From a virus (taxonomy: Duplodnaviria > Caudoviricetes): a DNA stretch of 64,000 nt. Below, in pieces: positions 31,101-38,341 of the stretch. The notes below the pieces were generated by a model, which saw only the letters and a program-made list of their open reading frames with translations, searched no databases and was not told the DNA's origin. Each line of letters begins with the position of its first letter. Position 1 is the stretch's first letter. A program made the translations under genes and the position numbers. The stretch covers positions 53,994 through 117,993 of IMG/VR virus record IMGVR_UViG_3300014205_000185. One strand, 5' to 3'.

Positions 31101-34100
31101 CTTCTTAGCCGGTACCTCAGGAGCAGCCTTCTTCGCAGGAGCTGCGGCCTTTTTAACCGCAGCCTTCTTGGCGGGAGGGGCCTCCGGTGCCTCGCGTGGG
31201 AATTTCCAGCTCGCCTGCCGTGCACCGGCTGGCCGGTAGTTGCGCTGGACGGTTCCCGCACGTGCTCCGGGGTTCTCCTCCATTTCCAGCAGGCCACGAC
31301 GTACCAACGTCCGAGCAGTCGCCGGCCGTGGGATATCGCGCTCGACGACCCATCCGCCACTGTCTTCCGGCTCGGTGCGCCGAGACTCGTTCGAGATCCT
31401 GGTAACCAGGTCCAAGGTCTCGCGCTGCTGCGGAGTAAGGCGTGGTTCTTCAGACGCGGCGGCCTTAGCCGCGACCTTCTTGGCTGGTGCCGCCTTCTTG
31501 ACAGGTACGGCCTTCGCTGCCGGGGCCGCAACCTTCTTGGCCGGTGCCGCCTTCTTGACGGCGACCTTCTTGGCTGGCGTCACCTTCGCGGCAGGGGCTG
31601 CCTTCTTAGCTGCCCTCTTCGCCTCGAATTGCCGCATGGTTTCGTTGTAGTCACGAATGTCGCTGACGATGCTGCTCTCCTGAGCAGTGCCCAGGTACTG
31701 CGGGTTCCCGTCCTCGAAATGCCAGCGGTTTCCGCGCGACTTTCCACCTGAGCCAGCGCGGACAATCTTGTTGAAGCGGGGACGGCCATAAGACGTGCCG
31801 AAGAAGTACATGCCCGGCCGAATGTCCTCGGGACCGGTAGCGATCTTCGCAGGGTCGATCCTCTGTGCCCGCATGGCTCGGGCGATCTGCGCGTACTTAG
31901 GTCCGTACTCACGCTCGTCATCCAGCCACTGCTGGCGCTCAACCTCTGCGGCTGTGGGCGCCTCAACGGCCGGCTCGGCTGCCTTCTTTGCTGGCGCCTT
32001 CTTAGCCGGTGCCGCCTTCTTGACAGCGACCTTCCTGGCGGGCGCAGCGCCAGTCGGGTTGGCGGGATTGAGCTTGATCCGCTTGTTGCGACGAGAGAGT
32101 TGCTCCGTCTGCTTCGGTAGCTCCCGGTCGCCCAGTGCCGATGGGTGGATGAACGACAGGTTCGGATCGGTGATGTCCACCCGTTCCTGGGTGTTCCCGT
32201 TATCCCAGGCGATAGTGACATCGCCGTTCTCGTCGCGCCGAATACGGCCACGGACGACATCACCGTCGGGGCCGGTCCAGACGGCGATGTCATTCGTCGT
32301 CGGCTGGTCGAGAGTCTTACGGTCGATAGCGCTGACCGGCTGCTCTTCGGACTCCAACGCCCGCTGTGCAGCGGGCGACGTCTCAGCCGCAGGCGCTGCC
32401 TTCTTGGCAGCCCTGGCCGGAGTGGTCTTCTTCGCGGGGGCCGGAGCCGCCTCCTCAGCGACCGCCTTTCGTGGCGCTACCTTCTTGGCCGGCGTCGCCT
32501 TGGCGGCCTTGGCTGCCTTCTTGGCAACCGGAACCTCGACGGGCTCAGCGATGGCTCTTGCGGCCTCGCGGGCGACACGAGCCTTCGCTGCCTTGGCCGC
32601 TCGTGTCTCTTGTAGACCTTCAGCGACCTTCTTCCAGGCTGCCTTCTCGGCCAGGCCCTTCTGGTCGACGCGATCGATGCTGTCGGCGTAGTCCTCGATC
32701 TCCTTGCCGAGCTTGACGCGGGACTCACCACGGTCGAGCCGGTTCTGATACTCGCGAGCGCGAGGAGAGTCCAGCGCTCCAGCATCGGTGCCAGCGAGTC
32801 GGCGGATGCCCGGCTTCTCTGCATCGCCAGGGGCAGGCGGTGCCTCCGGCCCGGTACGCATGGCCTTGGCGGGCGCCTTCTTGGCGACCTTTCGAGCAGT
32901 AGCAGCGCGGCGCCGTGGCTCGGGAGCGCCGGCCCTGACTCGGACCGCCATCTCGTCGAGAAGGTCTGCATCGCTGTTCTGGACGGCGCGCATGCCGGCG
33001 TCGTTCACGTCTACGCTGCTGTCGAGGCGGTCCTCAGTGGGATCGAGGAGATCGCCCTCGCGTAGCTCCTTGGCGTCCCGAGCCAGGCTGTCGGCAACGA
33101 AGTCAGGGAGCGCGCCATCGTTTAAGTCATAGGCTGCCGCTCGGATGACGTCGCGAGCCTTGTAGGTCTGAGCCCGAGCCTCATACTCGTCGACCTCGGC
33201 ATCAGAGATCGGCTTTGGCTCTGCCGCTGCCTTGGCGGCAGCCGCCTTCTGGGCCTTGGTGGCAGGGGCCTTCCTCGGGGCACGGGCCGCCTTCTTGGCA
33301 GAGGTCGCCCCTTCTTCTGCCTGAGGCTCTGGCTCCCGCTCCGGTGGAGGCGTGGCAATGCCAGCTCGGACCCGGTTGGCGCGCTCGTGGATCCGGCGCT
33401 CGTCGTCGTTGCGTGGATATGCGGCGCCGACTTGCTCTTGGAGTTGCTGGTCCCGGCGAACAACGGCAGCATCCCTCTCCGCCTCCTGGCGCTTGGCTTC
33501 AACCGTGGTGATTCGTGGTTGAGCCTCGCGCTGGCGACGGGCCTCGTTGCGCTGGCGCTGCTCCTCGACCTGCTCTCGGGTCTGAGTACTGGTGCCTGCG
33601 CGCTCCTTGCGGATCTGACGAGCCTGCTCCTTGATCCGACGCTCCCGCTCGTTGCGCGGGTAACCCTCCTCTTGGGACAGTTCGTAGTCCTCGGAGATGA
33701 TGAGGTCGTCGCGGTCCTCCTGGGTTGGTTCGGAGCCGGCCGTCTTGATGCGACGGTCCTCGATCCGCTTCTGGTCGCGCTTGGCTTGAGCCTCGATCTG
33801 CTGCCGCGTCTTGGCCGGAGGCGCCGCCTTCTTTGCGGGAGCTGCCGGTTGCTCCTGTTGTTGTGCCGCCTCGTCTACGCGCTTCTGGTCGCGGAGCGCG
33901 TCCAGCTCCATGCGGAGCCTGTCGTTCTCCTCGCGGTAGTTGTCGTTGTCCTCTCTGAGTTGCTTGTCGAGGCGTGCCTGAAGGTCGTCGAGGCGCTTCT
34001 CCCTCTCCAGCTGGACGCGCTCGCGCTCAAGGCGCAGCTTCTCGGCCTCGCGCTGGGCAGCGTCAGGGGCCGCCGGTTCGGCAACCCTCCGCTGGGCGGT

Positions 34101-35060
34101 AGACCTGTCTCCCGGGTTGTCGGCGACGCCTGTGTCTTCGAGCTGCTGTCGCTGCGCTTGGGACAGGTCTCCGCGCTCTACCGGCTTCTCGCCAGGGATG
34201 CCCGCTTCGCCGCGAGGAAGGACTGACCCCTTAGGAACCGGCTGGGGCGCCGTCTTAGGTCCCTCGACGGGATTGCCATTCGCGTCCAGTCCACGGCGAG
34301 CCAGCTCTTCGGGAGTGGCCTCGATCGCTGGCGCCTTCTCGCTCTCAGGCAACTCCCTGCCCAGGCCGCGGGCAACGCCAACACCTCGCTGCGGAGCCAC
34401 CGCAGCAATGACGTACTTACCTCCACCAGGCGCATCGTCAACTCGAATGATCTGGAGCTGGGTCTGCTGAGCCAGAATGACGTCACGGTTGCCGTTACCT
34501 ACGACAACGGCCTGTGTGCCCTTGGGGGCCAAGATTGACCAGGTGACGTGGTTCGGTCCACTCGGCACCGTCTCCGGCGTCGTGATGTTGGTGGGCGCGA
34601 AGCCCAGGTCCCGAACGAGCTTGCCGGTCCACTCCTCGACTTCATCCATCCGCTCCGGCGGCAGGCCGAAGGCGTCCGGACCGGTGACACGAGTGAGGAG
34701 CATGTCGTAAGGCAGCTCCTCCATCATGTCGTCCATGTCCTTGATTACGCCTGACGGACCACCCGGCTTCTTGGTGTCGTAGCCGGCGCGTAATGCGGTC
34801 TGGACGTCCTGATTGCCCTGCTCGGTGATGAAGTACTGAAGGCTTTCTTCCTGCTTTTCGGTCCGCTTCTTGCGGCGCGGCACCGCAGCCAAATAGCCGG
34901 CGCCATGGGCGTCGGACTTGAATTCGGCTGGATCGGCTCGCTTGAGTAGGGCGTCGACGAACTTGGCCATTGCACCAGAGATCTTCCACGAATCGCGGAA
35001 GCGACCCTTCTTATCCCGAGGGTGTAGCTCTGGCTTCCAACGACCGAGGTCGACGGCCAC
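22131..35060 (-). CDS. giant polyvalent head-module protein (ART-like x3, NUDT9-like Nudix, HTH, kinase, Zn peptidase)
   Basis: 4309-aa ORF; HPRDKKGRF; GGMVDDGE..REFKEETG; WRG..FMSTS..KEILL; GNVDRHDDN..GIDH; HELGH..EDFAE. Confidence 0.85.
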   Translation of the reverse strand: MAVDLGRWKPELHPRDKKGRFRDSWKISGAMAKFVDALLKRADPAEFKSDAHGAGYLAAVPRRKKRTEKQEESLQYFITEQGNQDVQTALRAGYDTKKPGGPSGVIKDMDDMMEELPYDMLLTRVTGPDAFGLPPERMDEVEEWTGKLVRDLGFAPTNITTPETVPSGPNHVTWSILAPKGTQAVVVGNGNRDVILAQQTQLQIIRVDDAPGGGKYVIAAVAPQRGVGVARGLGRELPESEKAPAIEATPEELARRGLDANGNPVEGPKTAPQPVPKGSVLPRGEAGIPGEKPVERGDLSQAQRQQLEDTGVADNPGDRSTAQRRVAEPAAPDAAQREAEKLRLERERVQLEREKRLDDLQARLDKQLREDNDNYREENDRLRMELDALRDQKRVDEAAQQQEQPAAPAKKAAPPAKTRQQIEAQAKRDQKRIEDRRIKTAGSEPTQEDRDDLIISEDYELSQEEGYPRNERERRIKEQARQIRKERAGTSTQTREQVEEQRQRNEARRQREAQPRITTVEAKRQEAERDAAVVRRDQQLQEQVGAAYPRNDDERRIHERANRVRAGIATPPPEREPEPQAEEGATSAKKAARAPRKAPATKAQKAAAAKAAAEPKPISDAEVDEYEARAQTYKARDVIRAAAYDLNDGALPDFVADSLARDAKELREGDLLDPTEDRLDSSVDVNDAGMRAVQNSDADLLDEMAVRVRAGAPEPRRRAATARKVAKKAPAKAMRTGPEAPPAPGDAEKPGIRRLAGTDAGALDSPRAREYQNRLDRGESRVKLGKEIEDYADSIDRVDQKGLAEKAAWKKVAEGLQETRAAKAAKARVAREAARAIAEPVEVPVAKKAAKAAKATPAKKVAPRKAVAEEAAPAPAKKTTPARAAKKAAPAAETSPAAQRALESEEQPVSAIDRKTLDQPTTNDIAVWTGPDGDVVRGRIRRDENGDVTIAWDNGNTQERVDITDPNLSFIHPSALGDRELPKQTEQLSRRNKRIKLNPANPTGAAPARKVAVKKAAPAKKAPAKKAAEPAVEAPTAAEVERQQWLDDEREYGPKYAQIARAMRAQRIDPAKIATGPEDIRPGMYFFGTSYGRPRFNKIVRAGSGGKSRGNRWHFEDGNPQYLGTAQESSIVSDIRDYNETMRQFEAKRAAKKAAPAAKVTPAKKVAVKKAAPAKKVAAPAAKAVPVKKAAPAKKVAAKAAASEEPRLTPQQRETLDLVTRISNESRRTEPEDSGGWVVERDIPRPATARTLVRRGLLEMEENPGARAGTVQRNYRPAGARQASWKFPREAPEAPPAKKAAVKKAAAPAKKAAPEVPAKKAAKRAAAPAPALPSAQELRVAAARDRLEMRATKKLTDGWLKSAQVKNSDLGDMDRIALTAVGDEVRREVITPDAAARRLRRIDEPTDSPMNRIAASLSAQSAPRRPVAGDTGAARREIDLGEPPAPRAGTPRWTLTPAQRRQVDTLTPRERAIYEDRRDRGLQHDEAFFLAKGNIGGRGAGDVTPEREPELPREIARPTDRRAYVRQRESMSRVDFDALPDDERTKVLANLRRIADSGDTQTFRDSMGSTVRGGTAPYVTSARTLVSRFTETPRPVRVPPTDDELGKALRDIDAANLGDIGLTLAVGRVLHGLPSARQREVAGKAGIPEAMGGHLTQTQIKDRIVKALRERGLPEGASEHWKKKYLLADRKGLTPAEAKDFADSNFTQVEAWRKAKAAAPAKAAPAKKAAPRKSTQERARDRFIDQLAYEHSTPVLGDVAVKHAIEQDRDPALLRERAARTEDDASRRTDPIVQARMRKSAASLRKAADQIEAFDQEAKSAPAKKARALTPAQRDARVARSVKSRTEQPEGYPKRQRTPGIKADWFTPFPGYNPPDYTAKTVLDNDRTKKKGGWADPPDVAAVDRPFTSLEGEVTLDAKGRPRNPYTRTGVQGRGLLGKWGANPAADNIVTRINPETGELEIATITRGELVDGKPQRALPGGMVDDGETVSRALGREFKEETGADLDMSRAREVYKGYVDDPRNTDNAWMETTASHRHLVGDEANVDFKGPEDGTEIREVGWTPLTRDLVDDLYASHPDFVRQAMKGLLRDDGDLTPAQRKQIRDAISTRPRKAAPAKMAAPEKAAPRTQAEVDRETKAAIRREIRGPGKTRAERDEERRAAGARQLEAMEADNRAELEPILQQAGTSWDELTPLQRAHVGVMKGSIEKKRISKTRARALLRGDGDDEKMNRIAEVLAPSARKTVPAKKAATPTKTVAAKKTTAAVATDKGRRILGPERATLAKDLVKRYVSGESIQELANSTGRSYAWVHRVLTESGVQLRPRGGRASAPTKKIAVKKAAPKAADHETQVADALRYRSDEAYLVRELDRQNLTSAELRKVAAELDVDVSDVPSNKNALIATIAKRHGAKGPRRGSSGPMPAPKRQGPEVRRARITEIADAASVADGRAAKAEVLKDLNEADLRAVARAAGIKLPVGLRGDRERTRDEIVHSLEIFGSGAPESKPVAKVTPRVAKAGVAKSNLETDQATAELAKAVPAAVKKPALRGPVNAVKVRQQLIEAKTPEERAAVLDDLGELNNNQWRTLARGLLGGHRLDRSSPEDVRTAILDDYNETADLRAQRLADTGLPTVPKKPPKAAPDTRTPEQIEADRKALDERIAARKAARKAEKEAELASRPIRQDGTPNPEGITRDLSQAPSPAARARMLEVYDAQMRRLTPYRGRERYGQPIPVATWRTLAKDLGVDGQSNAKTPDIKRAIVAHFEDIDVARRAELETRPTVARDLIAEPGVAARAIERAKASGAKPPRGWGSDSGELEGPLTGGDAIGEALAAEQGFDRPTTLVTPEEFTRMLRTKEVDFRLFRGAKGGEYGKPAAEVHEEFRDGPYRMGEGIFGNGTYMTRRFGHANGYADKTPGSLGRFGMRRDAKIIEWDDLVREHNRYLFSLEDDSPEKVAFADPGRYAMARGYDAIFVPQGTQGFGTDPVNGANEQYVILNRGAIVSEVPEGARTAPVPRPNPGASLREPPTVQATPSPTRVTKAAPARKIAPKKTAIPRPDRAGVERRNNYTEMLDRLEARDGKIQTVQGLGSSDEAMRRITNGEDPAVVARDLRSQADTLERRDVINRDVLDTHATTRGSMRQAMGRSDAKRLRDIADELNGSKKPTEEVTPEVVEAGVAKSNVENATATAELRKVTPAATSTGFVEGDDALAVPTVRTITRDKRGPTDSIWDMEMTTEFEAPPKGWSTEKLAKAEKALHGYNIEDGDTSPWKVREAGDTEATKLIDEVMDESPLPVSVRTWRGIARPHSIDQFKDLPEGEGSLVGRVFDDPGFMSTSVDRDISRTYADSGMDPKKPGIMLRLDVPKGIKAIRFGGYGEEDDQNKEILLERGLQMTVTRDRTVDGIRQLDVTVSKAPRKAAPTKAAPATSAIKEDVPLVTDPEGDNSLMHGDSRSMTLAQAYAAKGRNGTANEIMELRRSISTNRGDDANDFDGPQRMVEELKRLRSVETDPALQKKLDQAIRELDIPKGDLPDLPDGTPPALRALVENLHKIPVARAPRGHHLYGITTEEDSALDRVVRAIREIDEKKGEISLGNAEDSITKPLRTYHESVDGAYRMWGLADRVTTGGKHGDDVHLQMREWIKGLRAGNAPEAAPSVPSPAAAPSKPRITREGVPDTPDGMAERIRGFNSPDEAEAWMEDKNVGLDIMREVADSVGVDPIQPKPALRRALAEKLVGAPAAKKATLRTPSKKEGSATPADLQASVESGKPRVGRRLSDRSYSTVHRVTGADGRPMIRKKTGRDDGPGWDYSANDQALSEDLSSKYGRSMGADVPSTYRSSDDTVFMDLVPGQAGGSDQERLDKAVASDRGRRLHLLDLITGNVDRHDDNIIIDADGNAHGIDHAASFMGAPVSYRGEQMPQTPNSFDPFAQHYGTTVEAPNGTTRWADKMPFTREEVLDARTKLVEMKPEFVAAGHEDWYDAALGRADAILARTPGGSTMRPATGAVGQASVPRATPTARAQARSVPSRQGSPAPRRMSMGTKVQGKVVDGYTIENATNWKRDGVDYTVEHPDTPEGRASARLMRDRLIAYQDSLAPDARGYQKAYYAMVGANPNDAEMAEKYGLTDFWSAASAGDGEVAIWQTDRLLSADRDRLKRYLDHELGHNIEEGVPPRLRSTSPAWQQAARSDRPGAQLRRFVPNGEGPSADIRGTPDASRPVPRGVTNYGTSDIHEDFAEAISLYFTGQVGEGIFRDAEGEDAWVPIWFRDLFPERAAVLDQIFPQSAAAQLAEIARLRPTSRQGLTAAAARHLVPA

Positions 35061-35064
35061 TATG

Positions 35065-35301
35065 TCACTCCTCTGGAGGCGGCTCGATCACTGTATATTG
35101 CGCATTGAACTGCATATACAAGCGCTGTTGTGGTGTCACGACAATGCCATTCGGATCCTGCTTGAAATTCTCGTATTTGGTGTCCATCAGAGTCAACTGT
35201 GCAAGATCCCGCTGATACTTTTCTTCGGCCTTTTCTTCATCGAGACGAGCAAGCCGCTCGGTACGAGCGATGAGCGCAGCGTGGTCCTCAAGCTCCGTCA
35301 T
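35065..35301 (-). CDS. hypothetical protein
   Basis: 78-aa ORF filling the gap between protease and giant gene. Confidence 0.7.
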   Translation of the reverse strand: MTELEDHAALIARTERLARLDEEKAEEKYQRDLAQLTLMDTKYENFKQDPNGIVVTPQQRLYMQFNAQYTVIEPPPEE

Positions 35302-35305
35302 GCGC

Positions 35306-36391
35306 TTACCGAATGCCCAGGCCGAGCTGCTCGCGCTCTTCGTCGATAGCGGCCAGCTGCTCCATCCGACGACGCTGGTTGTGCTCTTCCAGCTCCTGGT
35401 CGATCTGAGCTAGACGCTCCATCCGCACTGACAGCTCGGCGGCGTCGTCCACCACGTCATCAGCCGGCACCTCGGTAGCGGCGGTGAAGCTCTCTGCCTC
35501 GCTCATGCTGAACTCTCCAATCGTGTCCTCCTGGCCCAGGACGCCGACAGCCATGAGGCTGAAGGCGTGTCCACCCTGCTCCCGATAGATAGGGAAGCCC
35601 GGGTTATTGACGGCCAGGGCAGCAATCAGTTCCAGATTTCCGTTGACCTCACGCCAGTCGCCGGACAGCGCAGAGGCGCGCAGCTCGGCAATCCGCTCTG
35701 GAGTCATGTTCGTGGTCAGTGCGCCGTTAACCCAGATGCCATGCCGGTCCTCGCCGACGTTGACAACCGCCGCGGCCCAGCCGGTGTTGTCGTAGTGCTC
35801 GCGGGAAGGCACGATGCCCCACTGGGCATTGGCGTGACCGGTCCCCAAAGTGATCTTCCCGATCGGCTTCTCGGCACCGTCGTCGCACCGGACGGTACCG
35901 ACCCGGAACAGGTTGTAGTTGGTACGGGTCTTAGGTGCCATTACGCAAGCGCGGCCGATGCCGACGTGGCAGACCTTCCATTGCGCCAGGTGGCCGAATA
36001 CCCGACCGTCGTCAGTGATGGTCAGCTTGGTGGGCGCCTTGAGCCCCGGATCTGCAAACCACGCGGACGGCGGGGCCAGGGGCGCAACCGACGCGAGCAG
36101 AGCAACGGCATCGTCTCGTAGCGAAACAGCATCAGCGCCCATTTCCCCGGTGTGCTCCGCCATCTCGATGCCATACTCCTTAGCCGCCTCTCGGATCCGA
36201 CCCCACATCAGCTTGAGCTGTTCGGCCGAGTACTTTTCCGCATTCTTCGGCATTGAGAGGTAGGCGATGGCTGCCAGGACGTGGGGCTCAGAGTCGATCG
36301 GATAGCGGGCAGTGCTCTCCCGGTATCCAGGGTCGGCGTACTTCACGTCGGCCTTAGGGCCGTACGGCGTCTTGACCTTGTTCATACCCAT
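35306..36391 (-). CDS. capsid maturation protease-like protein 2
   Basis: GGAG RBS at ATG 36391; YADPGY..RYPID..H N-domain; GRVFGHLAQW..CH, HYDNT, GEDRHGIW, LSGDWR, LELIAALAVNNPGFP. Confidence 0.75.
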   Translation of the reverse strand: MGMNKVKTPYGPKADVKYADPGYRESTARYPIDSEPHVLAAIAYLSMPKNAEKYSAEQLKLMWGRIREAAKEYGIEMAEHTGEMGADAVSLRDDAVALLASVAPLAPPSAWFADPGLKAPTKLTITDDGRVFGHLAQWKVCHVGIGRACVMAPKTRTNYNLFRVGTVRCDDGAEKPIGKITLGTGHANAQWGIVPSREHYDNTGWAAAVVNVGEDRHGIWVNGALTTNMTPERIAELRASALSGDWREVNGNLELIAALAVNNPGFPIYREQGGHAFSLMAVGVLGQEDTIGEFSMSEAESFTAATEVPADDVVDDAAELSVRMERLAQIDQELEEHNQRRRMEQLAAIDEEREQLGLGIR

Positions 36392-36401
36392 GGCGCTTCT
36401 C

Positions 36402-37613
36402 CTAGTACCCGCACTTTTCGCAGATACCGTCGGCGAATACGTGCTCGCCGTCGGCACCGTAGGCTTCCTTCTCTTCCTCCATGCTGTGCATTACGTCCAT
36501 AGGAGGAACCGTTGGTACGAAGGTAATGGTGATGTTGCTGATCGGCTGCATCGGACCGCCGAACATGAACGTGTTGGGGTTGGATCCGTTGGTGGTTATG
36601 GTGGCCGGCACTTGCTGAACTTCCATGACCTGCTCCTCGCTTACGGTGAATCCCTCGTCGCATCCGCAGTCTTCCTCTGCTTCAGCGGACGCACGTAGCG
36701 CTGGCTGGCCTTCGCCCTCCTGGAAAGGAGAGACCAGGTTGGGGTCATTGAACGCTTGAGCCATGGCCCCGTATATCTCGTTGATGACCGGCACCATCGC
36801 CTGCCTGTCTGCATCCGGGATATTCGGCAGTCCGCCGTGAGCCCCGGAGAGTAGGGCTGCGGCCGAATAGACGGCGTGATAGATGAGATGTGGCTCGTTG
36901 TTGATGATGTCGGCCAGTGGCAGCCGGAAGGAATCCTGCGCCAGGGAGTCGCCGGCCTGGTTGCCGTTTCGCCACAGGAAGGTCGAAGCGTACCGACCGA
37001 GGTCAGGCTGCTTGGAGCCGATGCCCGACCAGTAAGCGATGCGCTTGACGGCGTCATCCGCGTCGAATTTGTAGTCCCGTGGCGCCAGTGGCCACGTCTT
37101 CCAGCTTTCTGCGTTGACGTCGAAGGAGCCCCAGTCGCTCATGTCCACGCCAGCCGAAGCCAGGAGCGACTTCTCGACGTCGTTGTCAACGGACATGTGC
37201 ACCTGATGGAAGGCCGGCATCGGGACCAGAGTTACGCCGATGACGTTGTACTCCTTGAAGAGGCCCGCCTTCTTGTCGGGGCGGAGCGGATGCGCGATTG
37301 CCTCCACGGTGAAGTCCCGGTCTAAGTCGACGCTGGGTCCCATCACCTTGTTCTGGAGCATGTAGATGGCCTTGGTGACCTCAGGAACAACCTCGGGGTC
37401 AAGGAACGTGCCCTCGATCCAATAGCCACCTATGCCGGGGTAGACGTTGTCCACCTTGCCTACGACCGCAGCGCCATCGTGGCCGCCGGAGGTGAACCGA
37501 GCCAACAGCGGGAAGGGCGTTGGCCGATGGGTCAACTTTCCGGCCGCGAACATCCGACCATCGCCGGTCGGAACCTCGGTTGGGGCGGCTAAGCCCCTGA
37601 AGCGAATTGTCAT
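36402..37613 (-). CDS. capsid maturation protease-like protein 1
   Basis: PTGDGR, GHDGAAVVG, GPSVDLD, GVTLVPMPAF; ATGA overlap with MuF stop. Confidence 0.78.
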   Translation of the reverse strand: MTIRFRGLAAPTEVPTGDGRMFAAGKLTHRPTPFPLLARFTSGGHDGAAVVGKVDNVYPGIGGYWIEGTFLDPEVVPEVTKAIYMLQNKVMGPSVDLDRDFTVEAIAHPLRPDKKAGLFKEYNVIGVTLVPMPAFHQVHMSVDNDVEKSLLASAGVDMSDWGSFDVNAESWKTWPLAPRDYKFDADDAVKRIAYWSGIGSKQPDLGRYASTFLWRNGNQAGDSLAQDSFRLPLADIINNEPHLIYHAVYSAAALLSGAHGGLPNIPDADRQAMVPVINEIYGAMAQAFNDPNLVSPFQEGEGQPALRASAEAEEDCGCDEGFTVSEEQVMEVQQVPATITTNGSNPNTFMFGGPMQPISNITITFVPTVPPMDVMHSMEEEKEAYGADGEHVFADGICEKCGY

Positions 37614-38341
37614 GGCGTCACATCCAGAATCCGCAGGTTGCACCGACAGTTACAAACATTGGCTGGAGTGGCAGAGGGATCGCCCGGGAAAAGCAGGCTC
37701 TCACCGCCGACGTCGAATGGAGCGTTCAGCGTCCTGACTTGGTTATTGGCCAGTCGGTGCGCTGTCCTCTCCTTGTCGTCCATCGTCGTGTTCCACTGCT
37801 TCATGAGTAGCTTCTTGTCCTGGTTCTCGACTAGGAAGGCATGGGCCAACATGCTGCCCGAGAAGTGCCTTGTCGTTTCGGTCTGAGCTATAAGGCGAGC
37901 CCTAGCTGGCCAGTTCTCGCTACCTGTGTACGTCAGCACATTGTCCACGCGATTTGCGATTTGATCCAGCGTCTCGCCAGCGTTGGTGCCCTCAAGAATC
38001 TCCCTGACGACCAGGGAATGAACCTCTTTCGGGATGTTCACCAAAAGGTTCTTGGTCAGCGCGAGATTGGCCTGAATGAACGGATCAGCCGGGTCATAAG
38101 GCCGAGGCAGACTCGCTGCGGCCCAACCTTCCCGCTGAGCCGGTGTCAGTACCTGAAGAATCCGGTCTACCTGCTGCTCCCAGAACGGAACAGTCGCATA
38201 GATGGCGGCTGGATTGGGCTGTGCGCCGAACTGCTTGAAGGGGGCCATGACCGCGTCCCGGGCACGCTGGAGCCACAGCTTCAGGCCGTTTGATGCGACC
38301 TTGAAGATGCCCTCCTCGCCTGCTTTTCCGGGACTAGGCAT
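37610..38341 (-). CDS. MuF-like minor head protein
   Basis: RARLIAQTE, KQW, R.AH, PFDVGG, FPGDP, NCRC. Confidence 0.88.
   Translation of the reverse strand: MPSPGKAGEEGIFKVASNGLKLWLQRARDAVMAPFKQFGAQPNPAAIYATVPFWEQQVDRILQVLTPAQREGWAAASLPRPYDPADPFIQANLALTKNLLVNIPKEVHSLVVREILEGTNAGETLDQIANRVDNVLTYTGSENWPARARLIAQTETTRHFSGSMLAHAFLVENQDKKLLMKQWNTTMDDKERTAHRLANNQVRTLNAPFDVGGESLLFPGDPSATPANVCNCRCNLRILDVTP

Noticed and set aside
31080-32560. Recurrent GCCTTCTTGGC-like repeats
   Set aside because: Encode AKKA peptide repeats with irregular spacing; not CRISPR or a DNA-level array
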